DNA of 64,000 bases, taken from assembly GCA_965248355.1 (NCBI GenBank), contig OZ252098.1, positions 3,968,001 through 4,032,000 on the forward strand, in the 5' to 3' direction. A program made the position numbers and the translations under genes. Of this stretch, positions 9,906-20,886 are shown one piece after another; the stretch's first letter is position 1, and each line of letters opens with the position of its first letter. The DNA comes from Candidatus Latescibacterota bacterium (GTDB taxonomy: Bacteria > Latescibacterota > UBA2968 > UBA8231). The notes beneath the pieces were generated by a model, which was not told the DNA's origin, did not search any database, and worked only from the letters and a program-made list of their open reading frames with translations.

Positions 9906-10585
9906 CCGGGGAGCTCCTGGGCCATCGTCAGCTCCCGCTCCCGGGCGTTGTGTTTGGCGGTGGCGGTGTAGTGGAGGTCATTCCAGCGGTTACCGTCGAA
10001 GTCCGGACCGCCGGGAAAATCGGTGCGTTCGGCCTGCCCGCTGGCTCCGGGGCAGCTCCAAAACCAGGGGAACTCCTCCCGTGGACGCAGCTCCTCGTCG
10101 GCGTCCGGGTCCCAGACATCGTCCTCCAGCCAGGGAGGCTTCGACCGTTTGCCGCGGGTCAGGGGTTCCTTGCCGCGGTCCTTCCTCCAGTGAATGTTCG
10201 GCTTGGAGCGCAGGATACCGGCGCCCTTCTTGCCTCCGGGGATGTCCTCGGCCATGAAGGGCCGGATGTTGAGGCGCACGCCGTCGTTGATGTCCGGCTC
10301 CCAGCCGATGGGCTGCTCTTTGAGGGGCTTCCAGCGGACGAAGATGTCGAAGGGGGGCTCGCCTTCGAGGATGGCGGCCAGGCGCTTCTGCAGTTCAAGC
10401 GCAGCGACAAGACGGTCGTCCGTTGCTTCTTCGCCGCGTTTCACGCCGTCCCGTTGGCGGGTGATCCAGTCGCCGAGATAGCTCCAGGTCAGGGATTCGA
10501 GGAGTTGGCGGCCCTTGCCTTGACCCTCGACCAGCTTGTGGTAGTTGACCAGGGCCTGGAAGCCGTCGCGCCGGCCGTCATGGAT

Positions 10586-10624
10586 GTGCCAGAGGAAGGG
10601 GCGGTGCCAGAGGAAGGGGCGGTG
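10586..10624. repeat. 18-bp in-frame tandem duplication in pglX
   Basis: GTGCCAGAGGAAGGGGCG twice plus GTG, giving HRPFLW-HRPFLW-H. Confidence 0.9.
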
Positions 10625-11601
10625 GTGGAAGAGCTTGCAATGCTCCTCGAAGAAGCGGTTGCGGAGCCAGTCGTCGAGAGAGGCGGTGCCTGCTTGGGCG
10701 AGGAGTTTGCCGAGCATGCCGTCGTCCCAGGCTGCGCCGAAGGCGGCTGCCAGCAGTCCGAGGAGCCGGTCGCCGGCGGGCGGCTCGCCGCGTACGGAGG
10801 GGATGCAGACGATGCCGTCCTTGTCGGCGTGGGGTAGCAGGCTCTCGCAACGCCTCACCCATTCGCGCTGCTCTTCGGAGAGCTCCATGTCGGCATCCTT
10901 CTCCGTGGGCCAGCGGTAACCGAGCAGGCGGGCGATCGCGACCTGCAACACAGTGGGGTCGGTGCGGAGAGGGCCATGAGCAGTCCACTTCAGGGTTTCG
11001 TTCCAGACGACCGACCCGCAGGGGTGGCCGTGGAAGATCCATTGGGTGGGGTCGTCGGAGTAGGGGCGGGGGAGGCCGTTGGGGTATAGTTCGCCGGCGA
11101 CCGTGGTCCAGTGGTCGAGGTCGAATGGGACCATCGTCAATGTTCCAGCTGTGACGTTGAGCTTTTGGTCGATGGACCGTACATCCTCGTGGTATTGATC
11201 TGACTGGACATAAGACCAAACAGCAGGGTTCAGACCGGCATCCCTCGGCGAAATCGGGCATACGTTGTCGTCAAAGACCTCCCCAGCGTAGAGAAAAGGC
11301 TCCAATCGCCGCATCTTGTTGACCGCGACTCCGGTACGCCCAAAGACACGCTGGCCGTGTATCCTACAGCCCTTTTGCACACTGAGGTCCGAATCGGTCA
11401 ATGATACCTTGCATACCTGCATCCGACCGGACCATTCCGTTCCGTTTGGCGAGTTCAGCCACTTGACATGATGTGATGCAGTGGCGGGGAACTCCCAGAA
11501 ACAGGCCAGGAATCGAGGGCCATCGCCGGTTGTGCTGCCCTTTCCATAGTCTGCAATGTTTGCCAGCAGCTCTCCTCTCTTTGGGCTATCGGTAGTGATG
11601 A

Positions 11602-13149
11602 CCCTAACGTTGCATAAATCTGTTTGAAGGCGGTGGTGTGATCAGGCGGCATCCTTCAGTGTTTCGAGGAAATGCAACAGATCTTTTTCCACTTTTGGAT
11701 TGGAGTTCAGGGTCAGGGTCAACTCGCCCTTGGGCCGAGTGAGGCGCCCGGCGCGCTGAATGAAGCGATGACGCAGAGTGTCCAAGGTCTGGAAGGTCCA
11801 CGCCGCCGGGCGTTTGGCGCGCGAATAGTTGGATCGCGCCTGCGCCCGCATCTGCATTTCGCGTCCCAGATTGTGGGCCATCATCGCACACAAAGTCACC
11901 ATCTGGTTGCCGAGCAGCCGCCGGGTGGGGATCAGATCCAGCCCGGCCTGTTGCTTGGCCTCGGCGAAGATCCCTTCCTGGGCGCCGCGGCCATAGTGGA
12001 AGAGGAGCACGCGGCGGGCCGAGATCCTCTTGTTGGTCACCAGAACGCGGTACTCATGATCGATGGGCCGGGGTTCGAACAGATCCAGTTGCAGCGGTTC
12101 CTTGGTCTGACGCGCGACCGCACGGCGGACCAAGAGAAATCGGTACGAGGCGGGCCAGCGTTGGGGTTTCCAGTCACTCTCGAAATAGGCGCAGTGTTCA
12201 TCGAGAAAGCGCCAGCGCTGGCGCGCTTCGATCTGGTCCTTGAGTACGGGGAAGCGTTCGAAAGGGACACTGATCGTGCATTCGACGCCATACAGGTCCA
12301 GGAGCGTGAGCGTGTCCTGGCTGAAGAAGGCACTGTCGAGTCGGGACTCGAGCACGGTAGGCGCCAGCGCGTCGCGCACCCGATCGAAGGCGTCCATCAT
12401 GAACGCATGGGCGTCCTTGCTGTCATGGACGTTGCCGGGGCGGTGAAGGACATCGAAGAACTGTCCGGTCTGCGCCACCGTACAGAACAGGTTGTAATAG
12501 CTGCGCGCCCCTTTCTTTTTCGGATTATAGCCCACGGCGGTCCCTTCGGCATGACCACAAGTGGAGATCACCGAGCCGTCGAAGTCGAGGGTCAGACGGG
12601 GGAACCGCTCGCGCTGGAGCGCCTGCACCACCAGGACCGAAGACAGGTGGCGCACTTTTTCGATACTCGAACGGCCCATTCTTGCGAGGGCGCGACTGAG
12701 GGTGGCCACGTCCGGCAGGCGGCGCAAGCCCAACAGACGCAGCACCACCGGATCGTCCCGGTAATAGTCCATGTCTCGCAGCCGCCGGAAGCCCAGCAGC
12801 AGATGCACGATGAGCAACAACACCATGAGATGGGGACCAAAGATCGCGGAGCTCTTGGCGGGGAAGCACGACTTCAGCCGAGTCTTCAGATCCAGGCGCC
12901 GGAAGAGCAGTTGAAAAACGATGGCTCCCGCAAAGGAAGTCAGCTGTTGATCCTCGAAGCGAAGATGCGGGAGCTTGTGAAAACGGGCCAAAATGTCTTC
13001 TTTTCTGAACCTCACTTGCGGTGTCCTTCTGAAAGGGGTCGATACATGTCTTGGTCGACAGTATCAAATACCCCTTTTTCAGAGGGCGCCGCAAGTGACA
13101 ATGGGCCGTTCGGAGGAGGAAAAAGCCCTGTTCTTATGCAACCAGAGGG
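11602..13149 (-). mobile_element. IS1380-family insertion sequence, about 1548 bp
   Basis: IRs CCCTAACGTTGCATAA / TTATGCAACCAGAGGG; TSD ATGA at 11598-11601 and 13150-13153 (GATGAC if the ends are drawn one base inward). Confidence 0.9.
11642..13015 (-). CDS. IS1380-family transposase
   Basis: 457 aa; LTSFAG, TLDFDGS, LHRPGN, RLDSAFF, YGRGAQE..FAEAK, AHNL, LRHRFIQRAGRL motifs. Confidence 0.9.
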   Translation of the reverse strand: MRFRKEDILARFHKLPHLRFEDQQLTSFAGAIVFQLLFRRLDLKTRLKSCFPAKSSAIFGPHLMVLLLIVHLLLGFRRLRDMDYYRDDPVVLRLLGLRRLPDVATLSRALARMGRSSIEKVRHLSSVLVVQALQRERFPRLTLDFDGSVISTCGHAEGTAVGYNPKKKGARSYYNLFCTVAQTGQFFDVLHRPGNVHDSKDAHAFMMDAFDRVRDALAPTVLESRLDSAFFSQDTLTLLDLYGVECTISVPFERFPVLKDQIEARQRWRFLDEHCAYFESDWKPQRWPASYRFLLVRRAVARQTKEPLQLDLFEPRPIDHEYRVLVTNKRISARRVLLFHYGRGAQEGIFAEAKQQAGLDLIPTRRLLGNQMVTLCAMMAHNLGREMQMRAQARSNYSRAKRPAAWTFQTLDTLRHRFIQRAGRLTRPKGELTLTLNSNPKVEKDLLHFLETLKDAA

Positions 13150-15151
13150 ATGACTTGATTTGGGTTCTTCAGGTAATCCCGCTGGCTGTGTCCCGCCATC
13201 CTCACCTCGCGTAGACTCGCGGCCTTCTCTCCTGCGGTTCGAAACTTGGAGACGTCCAGGCCGTGCATCATGCCGGCTCGCGTCCCTTCGCTGAACCGCC
13301 CGCTCTTCTGCTGTCGAGGCTTGCCGCGGCTCAAAGTGAGCAGGATGGCCTGGACGACCTCGCCGCTGATGGTTTCGAACGCTCCCGGCCCCAGAAGGGC
13401 AAGCAAGTGCCAAGTCTCCTCCTTGAGCAGTCTCTCCCGGAGTTTCTTGTAGCTCTTGAGAAACCGCCAGTTCTGCGGCAGCACGAGACTAACGGTTCCA
13501 CCCTCCGCACACAGCTCCAGGCAGCGCTGCAGGAACACGGTGGCCAAGTCGTTCTTGGCGGCGGGGTACTTCGCCAGGCAGAAATCGCGCAGCGTTTCCA
13601 CCTGCTTGCCGCGGGTGAGATACGGCACGTTGGTGATCACCAGGTGATAGCTTCCTGCCATCAGCTCCGCGGCGCTCGCCATCCCCCGCGCGGTGACGGC
13701 CCGCTCCGCCTGCTCGTCGGAGGTCAACTCCTGTTTGAGGACCGCGGCGAAGAGCGACCGCACCGACTCGTAGTCGCTTTGAAAAAGGTCGCCCTTCAGC
13801 TCGCGCGGATCGGTGAGGGAGCCGCGCTCCGGGGCCTTCCCGAAGAGATCGTGGAGCTCTTCCAAGCTGTTGCGGAGCCGCGCCGAGAGCAGGTTGTCAT
13901 CGACCCCGAAGAGGCTGCGGTCGGCCGGCATCCCGCCGGCCTCCGCGGCCTGCTGTGCCAAGTCGATCCACTGTTCCTTCGTGGCGTTGGGGGCGAGGCC
14001 GGAGCAGGCGAGGCGCAGCTCCGGCAGGGGGCGGTACCCGCCCGCGCCGGGGTAGGTCCAGGCAGCGAGGGCGAGGGCGAAGGCCGCAAGCTCGACGCAG
14101 CGGGGGTCCAGCTCCAGCCCATACAGGTTCTCCCTCAACACCGCGTCGATGGCCTCGGGCAGGGCGAGCCCCTCCTGCTCCATGCGCATGGGAACCAGCA
14201 TGGAAAAGGCGGCGACCAGGAAGTGGCCGGAGCCGCAGCAGGGGTCGAGGACCTTCAGGTCTCCGAGGTGGTCCGGCCATGCGTCGAAGGCGCCGGCGGC
14301 AGGGCGCCATCCCCTCTGCTCCTCGGTCTCTTCACTTCGCACGAAGCGCAGGAAATCGAGGGGCGCGCCGGGGACCGCCGCCATCCGGCGCAGGGTGGCT
14401 TCGGTGTCAGCTTCCCGCAGATCGGCTTCGCTCAGGCGGCGTGACGCCCACCACGCTCCGAGGGTGTTGTCGAGCAGAAAGCTCACCATGTAGGGCTCGG
14501 TGAAGAGCTGCGTCACCGCGGGCAACTCGTCGGCGCCGACCTTAACCTCGGAACGGTTGACCTCGGCCTTCTTCCTCGACTGCCAGAACTGGTAGACCCA
14601 CCCGAGAGAATCGGTGGCAGCGAACACCTCGGGGGGAAGACCCTCGACAAGCCCTTCGAGCTTGAGCCGGTGTTCCCGCGCCAAGCGGACCTCGAAGGCC
14701 GGGTGATCGGGCCGGAACACCTGGGGCAGCATGCCATGGGCGAAGCGCGCGGCCATGGTCCACTTGTCGGCGCCCTCCTCCTTGCCCAGTTCCTCGCATT
14801 CTTCGAGGGTGACGGGGACGTCATGCTCCGGCTCGATGAGCAGTCGATTCTCGGCGAGGAAGCGGGCGAACAGCATGCCGTGCCAGTGCTCGTACGCGCA
14901 CTCGTGCACCAGGTGCCCGATCTCATGACCTCTGGAGCGAGGGTCGCGGGAGTCGCCGAGTTGCCGGGCGCGGGCGCGCAGCCGCTGGCGCAGCGTGCGC
15001 TGGCCGGCGCTCATGTGGGGGTACGGCTCGCGGTGGTGCACGGCCAGCCCCTTCAGGGCCACGCGGGCGCCGGTCTCGGCAGCGTCGCGGGCATCCGCGA
15101 TTGTCCGCTCAAGCTGCTTCCGCAGGTTCGGGGCCAGCGTCTTCATTGAAA

Positions 15152-15403
15152 CTACTCCAGCGGGGCGGTCTTGCCCGTCAACTCGATGTAGAGCGCATCC
15201 GGGCAGAGTTCAATCTCTTCGCTCCACGCAACCGCTCCGTGTGGAGCCACGTGGACACGGTCGAAGAAGCCTGGATCCTCCCATGCGCGAAACACTCCCT
15301 TGCCGATCATATCGGAAAGGTCGACTTCCCCCGCGGATCCGTCCGAATACCGGAGCCAGATTCGAAAGTCAGGGCGAGGTTCAACCTGTGCCACACGGTT
15401 CAT
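15152..15403 (-). CDS. DUF2442-like small protein
   Basis: 83 aa; L.YSDG..GEVDL...KGVF...D..FF..V....GAV.W...ELCPDALY pattern; GGAG RBS. Confidence 0.75.
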   Translation of the reverse strand: MNRVAQVEPRPDFRIWLRYSDGSAGEVDLSDMIGKGVFRAWEDPGFFDRVHVAPHGAVAWSEEIELCPDALYIELTGKTAPLE

Positions 15404-15419
15404 CGGTTCCTCTCCGGCA

Positions 15420-16535
15420 TTATCCCTTCCTCCTGTCCAGAGACTTCAAGGACGTTTGTCCTTCACGTTTCTCGCACACGACGATGCTTGCAGGCGTTTC
15501 TCTGAGCGCATCGACGATAATGTCAGAATGGGTAGTGACGATCAACTGGCACCGCTCCGACGCTCCGAGCAGAATGTCGGCGAGGCCGGGAAGGATGTCG
15601 GGATGGAGACCCAGTTCCGGTTGCTCGATACAAATGAGCGGCGGTGGGTTCGGGTGGCAGAGAATGGCGAGCAGGCAGAGGTAGCGGATCGTACTGTCGG
15701 ACAGCCGCATGGCGGGGATGATGACGTTGCCTTCCTGGAGAATCACCTGCACGGTGCCACCCTCTATGACCACGTCGAAGTCCACGATGTCTTCGTAGAG
15801 TTGACGCAAGGCATTCAGGAAGTTCCCCCTGGCCCTTGGTTCTCGTCGCAGACGGTTCAAGACCAGGCCGAGGTTATGACCGCCCTCGATCAGGACATCG
15901 TTAGGGAGGGCGGTGTCCTGGGGTAGTTGCGGGGGCGTGTTCCTGCCGAAGGACCAATCACGATACAGCCGTATGCGGGGATACATGTCCCCAAGCCAGG
16001 TGATTTCCGGATAGAAATCGGGAGCCCGGCGCTGGGCGAGGATGGACTGCCGGGGGTTGAGGTCGCCGGGGCCCAACTGTCTCTGGATTCCGTCCTTGCA
16101 ATGCAGGACCGCGTGGTCACCGTGCCGCTCGAAGTAGATACGGGGCTTGTCCTGGCCGGGATGTGCATCTTCGGTTTCTATCCGTTCGTCAGTCAATTCG
16201 AAGCGTTGCCCCTCCTCCGTAAAGGTGAGGCTGTGGCGCAAGGCCTGCTTGCCATGCGGGTTGTCCAGGACCGCCTCAACGTGGGCAGACGATGCCTCGG
16301 GTTGACCTTTCCATATCCAATCGCCGACACCCCCGCCGTCACTGATGGGCGTCGTCAACTCCTTCGGCGCGGCTTTCAGCAGCCCAATTGCCTCTATGAG
16401 ATTGGACTTGCCGGACCCGTTCGGACCGATGAGCACGTTGAGCGGCTTGAGATCCAGGTCCTGCTCGTCCGGGCCAAAGGAAAGAACGTTCTTGAGCTTG
16501 ATTCGGTGCATGAACATGGGTCCGGGCTTGCTCAC
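15420..16535 (-). CDS. AAA_21/ABC-type ATPase, C-terminus possibly truncated
   Basis: 371 aa; GPNGSGKSN, LSDST signature, IEQPELGLHP, TTHS. Confidence 0.8.
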   Translation of the reverse strand: MSKPGPMFMHRIKLKNVLSFGPDEQDLDLKPLNVLIGPNGSGKSNLIEAIGLLKAAPKELTTPISDGGGVGDWIWKGQPEASSAHVEAVLDNPHGKQALRHSLTFTEEGQRFELTDERIETEDAHPGQDKPRIYFERHGDHAVLHCKDGIQRQLGPGDLNPRQSILAQRRAPDFYPEITWLGDMYPRIRLYRDWSFGRNTPPQLPQDTALPNDVLIEGGHNLGLVLNRLRREPRARGNFLNALRQLYEDIVDFDVVIEGGTVQVILQEGNVIIPAMRLSDSTIRYLCLLAILCHPNPPPLICIEQPELGLHPDILPGLADILLGASERCQLIVTTHSDIIVDALRETPASIVVCEKREGQTSLKSLDRRKG

Positions 16536-17338
16536 TTGGGCTGCCGAATCAGCGCGACGAGGGCCGCCGTGAATCCTGCCACTTCGTCCGGGGTCCCTTC
16601 GTTCACGACTTTTCGTAGTGCCTTTCCGATCTTGCCGTCATCGTCTCTGTGCTCTGTCACGTACTTCACCGCACTATGCAGGTCCAGCGGCTTTGACCCT
16701 GATGCCATCTCCGGCACCGGCTCGGAGACCGTTTGATCCGGCATACGCTTGCTATCCGTTTGTTGGCCGCCTGGTTCTCCCGGTTGAGGATCGCGGGCAA
16801 CAGACGACGCAGGTGCCTCGGGCAATCTCTTCGGATCTGAGACGACTTCCCCGGCATGGACCTCGAGGGAGCGCGCCGCCCACACATGCGGTTGAATCCG
16901 CATCGCCGCGCCGTTGCCTCCCGACTCGGTCCAACCCTTGAAGGTGTTGGCAAACCACGATGCCCTGGGTTTGCTCAGGTTGAGCGCTGCGGCGCTGGTG
17001 GACTTTCCTGCGCCAAGGGCATAGCCGAGCCATACCGGAAGTTCGACCTTGGCGAAGGCCTCGACGTCGAAACTGTCCGGCCGAATGGCCCGACCTGTGG
17101 CGAGCCGCAACTGGGTGTCGTCGGAATAGCAGCCCGCGGGAAGCGTAGCCATGATGCCTGCTCGGCCTCCGACCCGCCGCTTCCATTCGACAGGCTCGCA
17201 CAGCGGCGCACCACCGGTTCGTCTTCTGAGTCCGGCTGCGTCGGTCAGTTCGCTGATCCACCCCAGGGCGTCGCCGTAGGCGGCCCACAACGATGATCGC
17301 CGGATTCTATCTTTCCGGACGGCGACCTTGGTTGTCAC
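16532..17338 (-). pseudogene. ADP-ribosylglycohydrolase-family gene, apparently internally deleted
   Basis: GTG start after GGAGG; AAYGDALG, YSDDTQL and GGNGAAMR motifs, then an abrupt switch to a low-complexity linker; no second DxDT motif. Confidence 0.65.
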
Positions 17339-17427
17339 ATCTCCCTCCTGTTCGGCGACGCGGCTCACCGCTGTCGTAGCTCGGGCGCGGGGTGACGTTC
17401 TGTAACGTGCGCATCCAAGTGCCCGCC

Positions 17428-20400
17428 TCAACTGATCACGACGGGGCCTTGTTTAACCTGCTGCAGTAGATCCTGCTCCGTCTTCCTGACCCATGCGTTG
17501 ACGTCCTCCGCCGTGCGAAGGGTGGGGCTTTCCAGTTTGACGTGGCGGATCTTCGGCTCGACGAGCTTGTCCGCTTGGGCCCTTGCTTCGGCGAACAGGT
17601 GCGGCAGCGCGGCGATGCGGGTCCGCCAAGCGTCGAGGGAAATACGTTCGAGGGACTCCAGGACCTCCGACTCCGTGCCGGTCGGGCCTTTGGACGCCCT
17701 TTCGATGCGCAACCCTCCGAGTATATCTGCGCGATCCCGCTCCTTGATTCGCTGCCAGCTTTCGGCCTCTTCCAGGCGCCGGTGCTCCTGGTCATAGGTC
17801 GCGGCGTGACGTTCCTGCGACTGGGCCAGCGCGGTCCTCAGGGCATCCGTGAGTTTCGCCGAAAGGCCCGGTAGCGGGTCAGAAGGGTCGAGGAGTCGCC
17901 GCTCGCCCACGATCGCTTCAATCTGGGGATCTGCCTCCCGGCCGGCATCCAGGCCATCGGCGTGCCGGGCGAGAGCCTGTAGCCGCTGGAAAGCGGGCAG
18001 GCGTTTGGCCGCGAGGCTGCCTGCCTGGCTCCAGTCCTCTAGGTTGGCGACAAGCTCGTCGTGCCGGTCCAGAACGGCCAGGAGCTGCTCGTTGCCGGCG
18101 AGCGCCTGAAGGTCCGACAGATGTCGCGTATTCGGCCGTTCGGGCAACGGGGCATCCCCGCCGGCCTCTCGGGCAAGCTCATCCAGTTTGTGCAGCAACC
18201 GGCCTGCGGCTTCGGACTCCTCGTTCGGCCTGCACTCGATTCCCGCTGTCTGGAAGAGACGGCGCAGCTTCAGGCGCTGACGGGTGTCGATAGTTGCGCT
18301 CTCCACCCGGAAGTCGGCGTTCGCCACCTTCCCCTGATCGAGCCCTCGGGGGTTCAGGGCCACGCCGTTCGCGGAGGCTCGCAGGTGTCCGGCTTCAAAG
18401 AGACTGATGAGGGCCGCGTCGATGGCGTCGCGCGGCCAGCCGAAGGGCGGGCCGGAGAGGTGCGACCGGACCTCCTTTCCCTTTCTTCCTGAACCCACCG
18501 ACTCCAGCACGGCCGAGCACACAGGGTGTTCCTCGGTCTTGCCGCTGTAATCCAGGGCTGCCAGCGGGTGCTCGGCGCCGCCGCGGGCGCGCTCGATCAC
18601 CTTCGGCCACCGGTGGTCGTCGGCGTCGCCGAAGCGGTGGAAGAGCCGGTCGAGGGAGGCGCTGGCAGCTTCCGTCGTTTTCTCGGACAGGCTCAACTCC
18701 AGGCGCTCGTTGCCGCCTCCCTGGAAGACCTTGGCGCCGTTGGTGATTTCGGCCACCAGCGCCTTCTGCGCGTTCTCCGCTTGGGCGCGGCGCGTTTCCA
18801 TGCCCTGGCGCGCCTCGGTGCCTTCCTCCCCCGCGGGCACGCCCTTGTAGTCGAGCGTCTCCTTGGCGGCGTTGCTTTCGGCGATGCGCCGGGCCAGGTC
18901 GTCGGCGCGGGTCCTGGGCACGAAGACGTGGAGGACGGGGCTGTCGGGCCCGGCCGCGCGCGCGTCGGCGGTCACGCTGCCCTCGTCGGCTCCCCAGCCA
19001 TCCCGTATCCACACCGGGATATCGAGGCCGCCTTCGGGCGGGGGCTCGGCTCCGAAGTACAGGGAGGGCTTCCGGGGCTCCTTGCAGCTTCCTTGCAGCA
19101 GCCGCACGGACTTCACGGCCTCCTGCACGGCGGCGCCGAGGAGCTGGCTGCGCCGGCTGCCCATGCCCGCCGGATCGTTGGTCAGCCGGCTCTGCCGCTC
19201 GCGGAACTCGGCTTCCCATTCGCTGCTCTCCCGCGTCTGCATGCTGTATTCCTCGTCGAGCTTGATCAGCGTTCCCGCTTCCACCAGCTCGTCGAGGAGC
19301 GCCGGGAGCCGCCCGCGCAGGGCGGCCCCGTCCCTGGCCAGGTCCTCGACCAGCAGGTCCGCCAGCGCCCCGGCGGTGGCCCGCACCCCGATGTCGGCGC
19401 CGGCTTCGCGCGGGAGCTTGCGGATGAGGAACACGAGGGAGCAGAGCCGGGACTTGAGCTCGCCCTCGGGAGTGCCGTCGCGCAGCTTGACGATGGTCTC
19501 GTAGATCTCACGCAGCAGCACGCCGGATTGCAGGAGGTCGGCCGACTGCTCCTCGAAGAGAAAATCAGCCGGCACCACGGTGCCCACCGGATCGTCGGCG
19601 GTGCGGCGGATGGCGTCGTAGACCATGCGAAGCTGGGTGCGGAGCTGACCGGCCGTCCCGGCCCGGTCGACCGCCCGCAGGGTGTGCTCCCAGAAGCGCC
19701 GGCGGACGGGCAGCAACGGGTAATCCTCCACCAGGACCTGCTGGTCCTCGCCCCGGGGGCTGATCCGGCTGCCCGCGAGGTGCCGGTCGATCTCCCCGGC
19801 GCTCGCTTCCAGGGCCGACTGGATGTCGTTGACGCGGTCCTGGCGTTTCGCCAGGACGACCCGCCGGATCACCGTCTCCACGTCCTGGTCCGACAGTTCC
19901 ACGTTGACCCTGAACCGCCCCTGAAGACGTTGCAGGGCCGGGGTGCCGGACAGCGCCGTCTGCCCGGTGCCGACGAAGAGCAGGCGGTCTCCGAACCGCT
20001 TGCTGCAGGTCTCGACGAGATCCTGGACGATATAGGAGCGGTTGGTGTCGTCTCCGATGTACTGCTGTACCTCGTCGAGGACGATGACCGTGCAGGGCAT
20101 TCCGCCGCCGGGAGCCAGGGTGTCCTGCAGGACGGCGGTGAACTCGTCCGTGCTGACGTCTGCAGGCTTCGGAAACTGGGTACGCAACGCCGCCCTGGCT
20201 TGCTTCTCGCCGTCGGCGAAACCGGGGTCCGCGGCGAGCAGGGCCCTCGCGATAACCGGGCTCACGTACAGGTCGTTCAACTCGCGCCGAAACTCCCGGC
20301 CTTTCGCCTCGACCTTTTCTTGCACCTGGTCGTAGATGCCGTTCTTCTTGAGCCAGAGGCAGAAGCGCGTCTGGGGGTAGCTCTCGGGGAGCCCCGCTGA

Positions 20401-20868
20401 CTTGAAGACGATCCCGAGCAGCGCCAGCCGGACGCTCTCCCCGGCGCCGTCGAGCGTGCCGGCCGCGGCGTGCAGCCCGTGCTCCCGCCGGCCGAGGGTG
20501 GAGAGTTCCGTCAGCAGCTCCCGCACATCGCCCGGCAACCGGGCCAGGCCCCGGGCGTTGGCCCCATCCTCGGGGAAGGCGAAGTCCGACCACAGGAAGC
20601 GCAGCATCTTTGCCAGGTGCGACTTGCCGCTGCCGAAGAAGCCGCTGATCCAGGCCGCCGGCTGCTCCGGCTGACCCTGGTGGCCGATGTAGGATTCCAG
20701 GATGCGGACGAGCCCGCTGCGGTACTGTCCTTCGCAGACGAAATGCTCCAGCTCGAAGCGGAGCGTGCGGCGCTCCTCTTCGGTGGCGGCGTCGGTCACG
20801 GCCGCGACGCCCTGGTTCAGAAGCGCGATCTGGTCGGGATCTCTCTGGTAGACCGCCCGGTTCTTCAT
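17428..20868 (-). CDS. brxC: BREX P-loop ATPase BrxC
   Basis: 1146 aa; WISGFFGSGKSH Walker A, VLDEVQQYIG Walker B, LQGRF motif. Confidence 0.92.
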   Translation of the reverse strand: MKNRAVYQRDPDQIALLNQGVAAVTDAATEEERRTLRFELEHFVCEGQYRSGLVRILESYIGHQGQPEQPAAWISGFFGSGKSHLAKMLRFLWSDFAFPEDGANARGLARLPGDVRELLTELSTLGRREHGLHAAAGTLDGAGESVRLALLGIVFKSAGLPESYPQTRFCLWLKKNGIYDQVQEKVEAKGREFRRELNDLYVSPVIARALLAADPGFADGEKQARAALRTQFPKPADVSTDEFTAVLQDTLAPGGGMPCTVIVLDEVQQYIGDDTNRSYIVQDLVETCSKRFGDRLLFVGTGQTALSGTPALQRLQGRFRVNVELSDQDVETVIRRVVLAKRQDRVNDIQSALEASAGEIDRHLAGSRISPRGEDQQVLVEDYPLLPVRRRFWEHTLRAVDRAGTAGQLRTQLRMVYDAIRRTADDPVGTVVPADFLFEEQSADLLQSGVLLREIYETIVKLRDGTPEGELKSRLCSLVFLIRKLPREAGADIGVRATAGALADLLVEDLARDGAALRGRLPALLDELVEAGTLIKLDEEYSMQTRESSEWEAEFRERQSRLTNDPAGMGSRRSQLLGAAVQEAVKSVRLLQGSCKEPRKPSLYFGAEPPPEGGLDIPVWIRDGWGADEGSVTADARAAGPDSPVLHVFVPRTRADDLARRIAESNAAKETLDYKGVPAGEEGTEARQGMETRRAQAENAQKALVAEITNGAKVFQGGGNERLELSLSEKTTEAASASLDRLFHRFGDADDHRWPKVIERARGGAEHPLAALDYSGKTEEHPVCSAVLESVGSGRKGKEVRSHLSGPPFGWPRDAIDAALISLFEAGHLRASANGVALNPRGLDQGKVANADFRVESATIDTRQRLKLRRLFQTAGIECRPNEESEAAGRLLHKLDELAREAGGDAPLPERPNTRHLSDLQALAGNEQLLAVLDRHDELVANLEDWSQAGSLAAKRLPAFQRLQALARHADGLDAGREADPQIEAIVGERRLLDPSDPLPGLSAKLTDALRTALAQSQERHAATYDQEHRRLEEAESWQRIKERDRADILGGLRIERASKGPTGTESEVLESLERISLDAWRTRIAALPHLFAEARAQADKLVEPKIRHVKLESPTLRTAEDVNAWVRKTEQDLLQQVKQGPVVIS

Positions 20869-20886
20869 ATAGATAGAGTACCCTTC

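Larger units (their letters stand above)
9902..15146 (-). pseudogene. pglX: BREX DNA adenine methyltransferase PglX interrupted by IS1380
   Basis: N half has TQLFT, LDPCCGSGHF and NVPY motifs; removing the IS and one TSD gives a 3693-nt in-frame ORF (1230 aa) through ...NQVITTDSP...TTGDGPRFLACFWE...MQVCK... to the conserved C-terminus (FVRWKPL, DINDGVRLNIRPF). Confidence 0.88.

Noticed and set aside
9902..11422. Stand-alone 506-aa gene downstream of a short methyltransferase
   Set aside because: It is the in-frame C-terminal part of pglX once IS1380 is removed
2548..13149. Composite transposon carrying the PHP-ATPase block
   Set aside because: The two IS elements belong to different families and each has its own TSD, so they inserted independently
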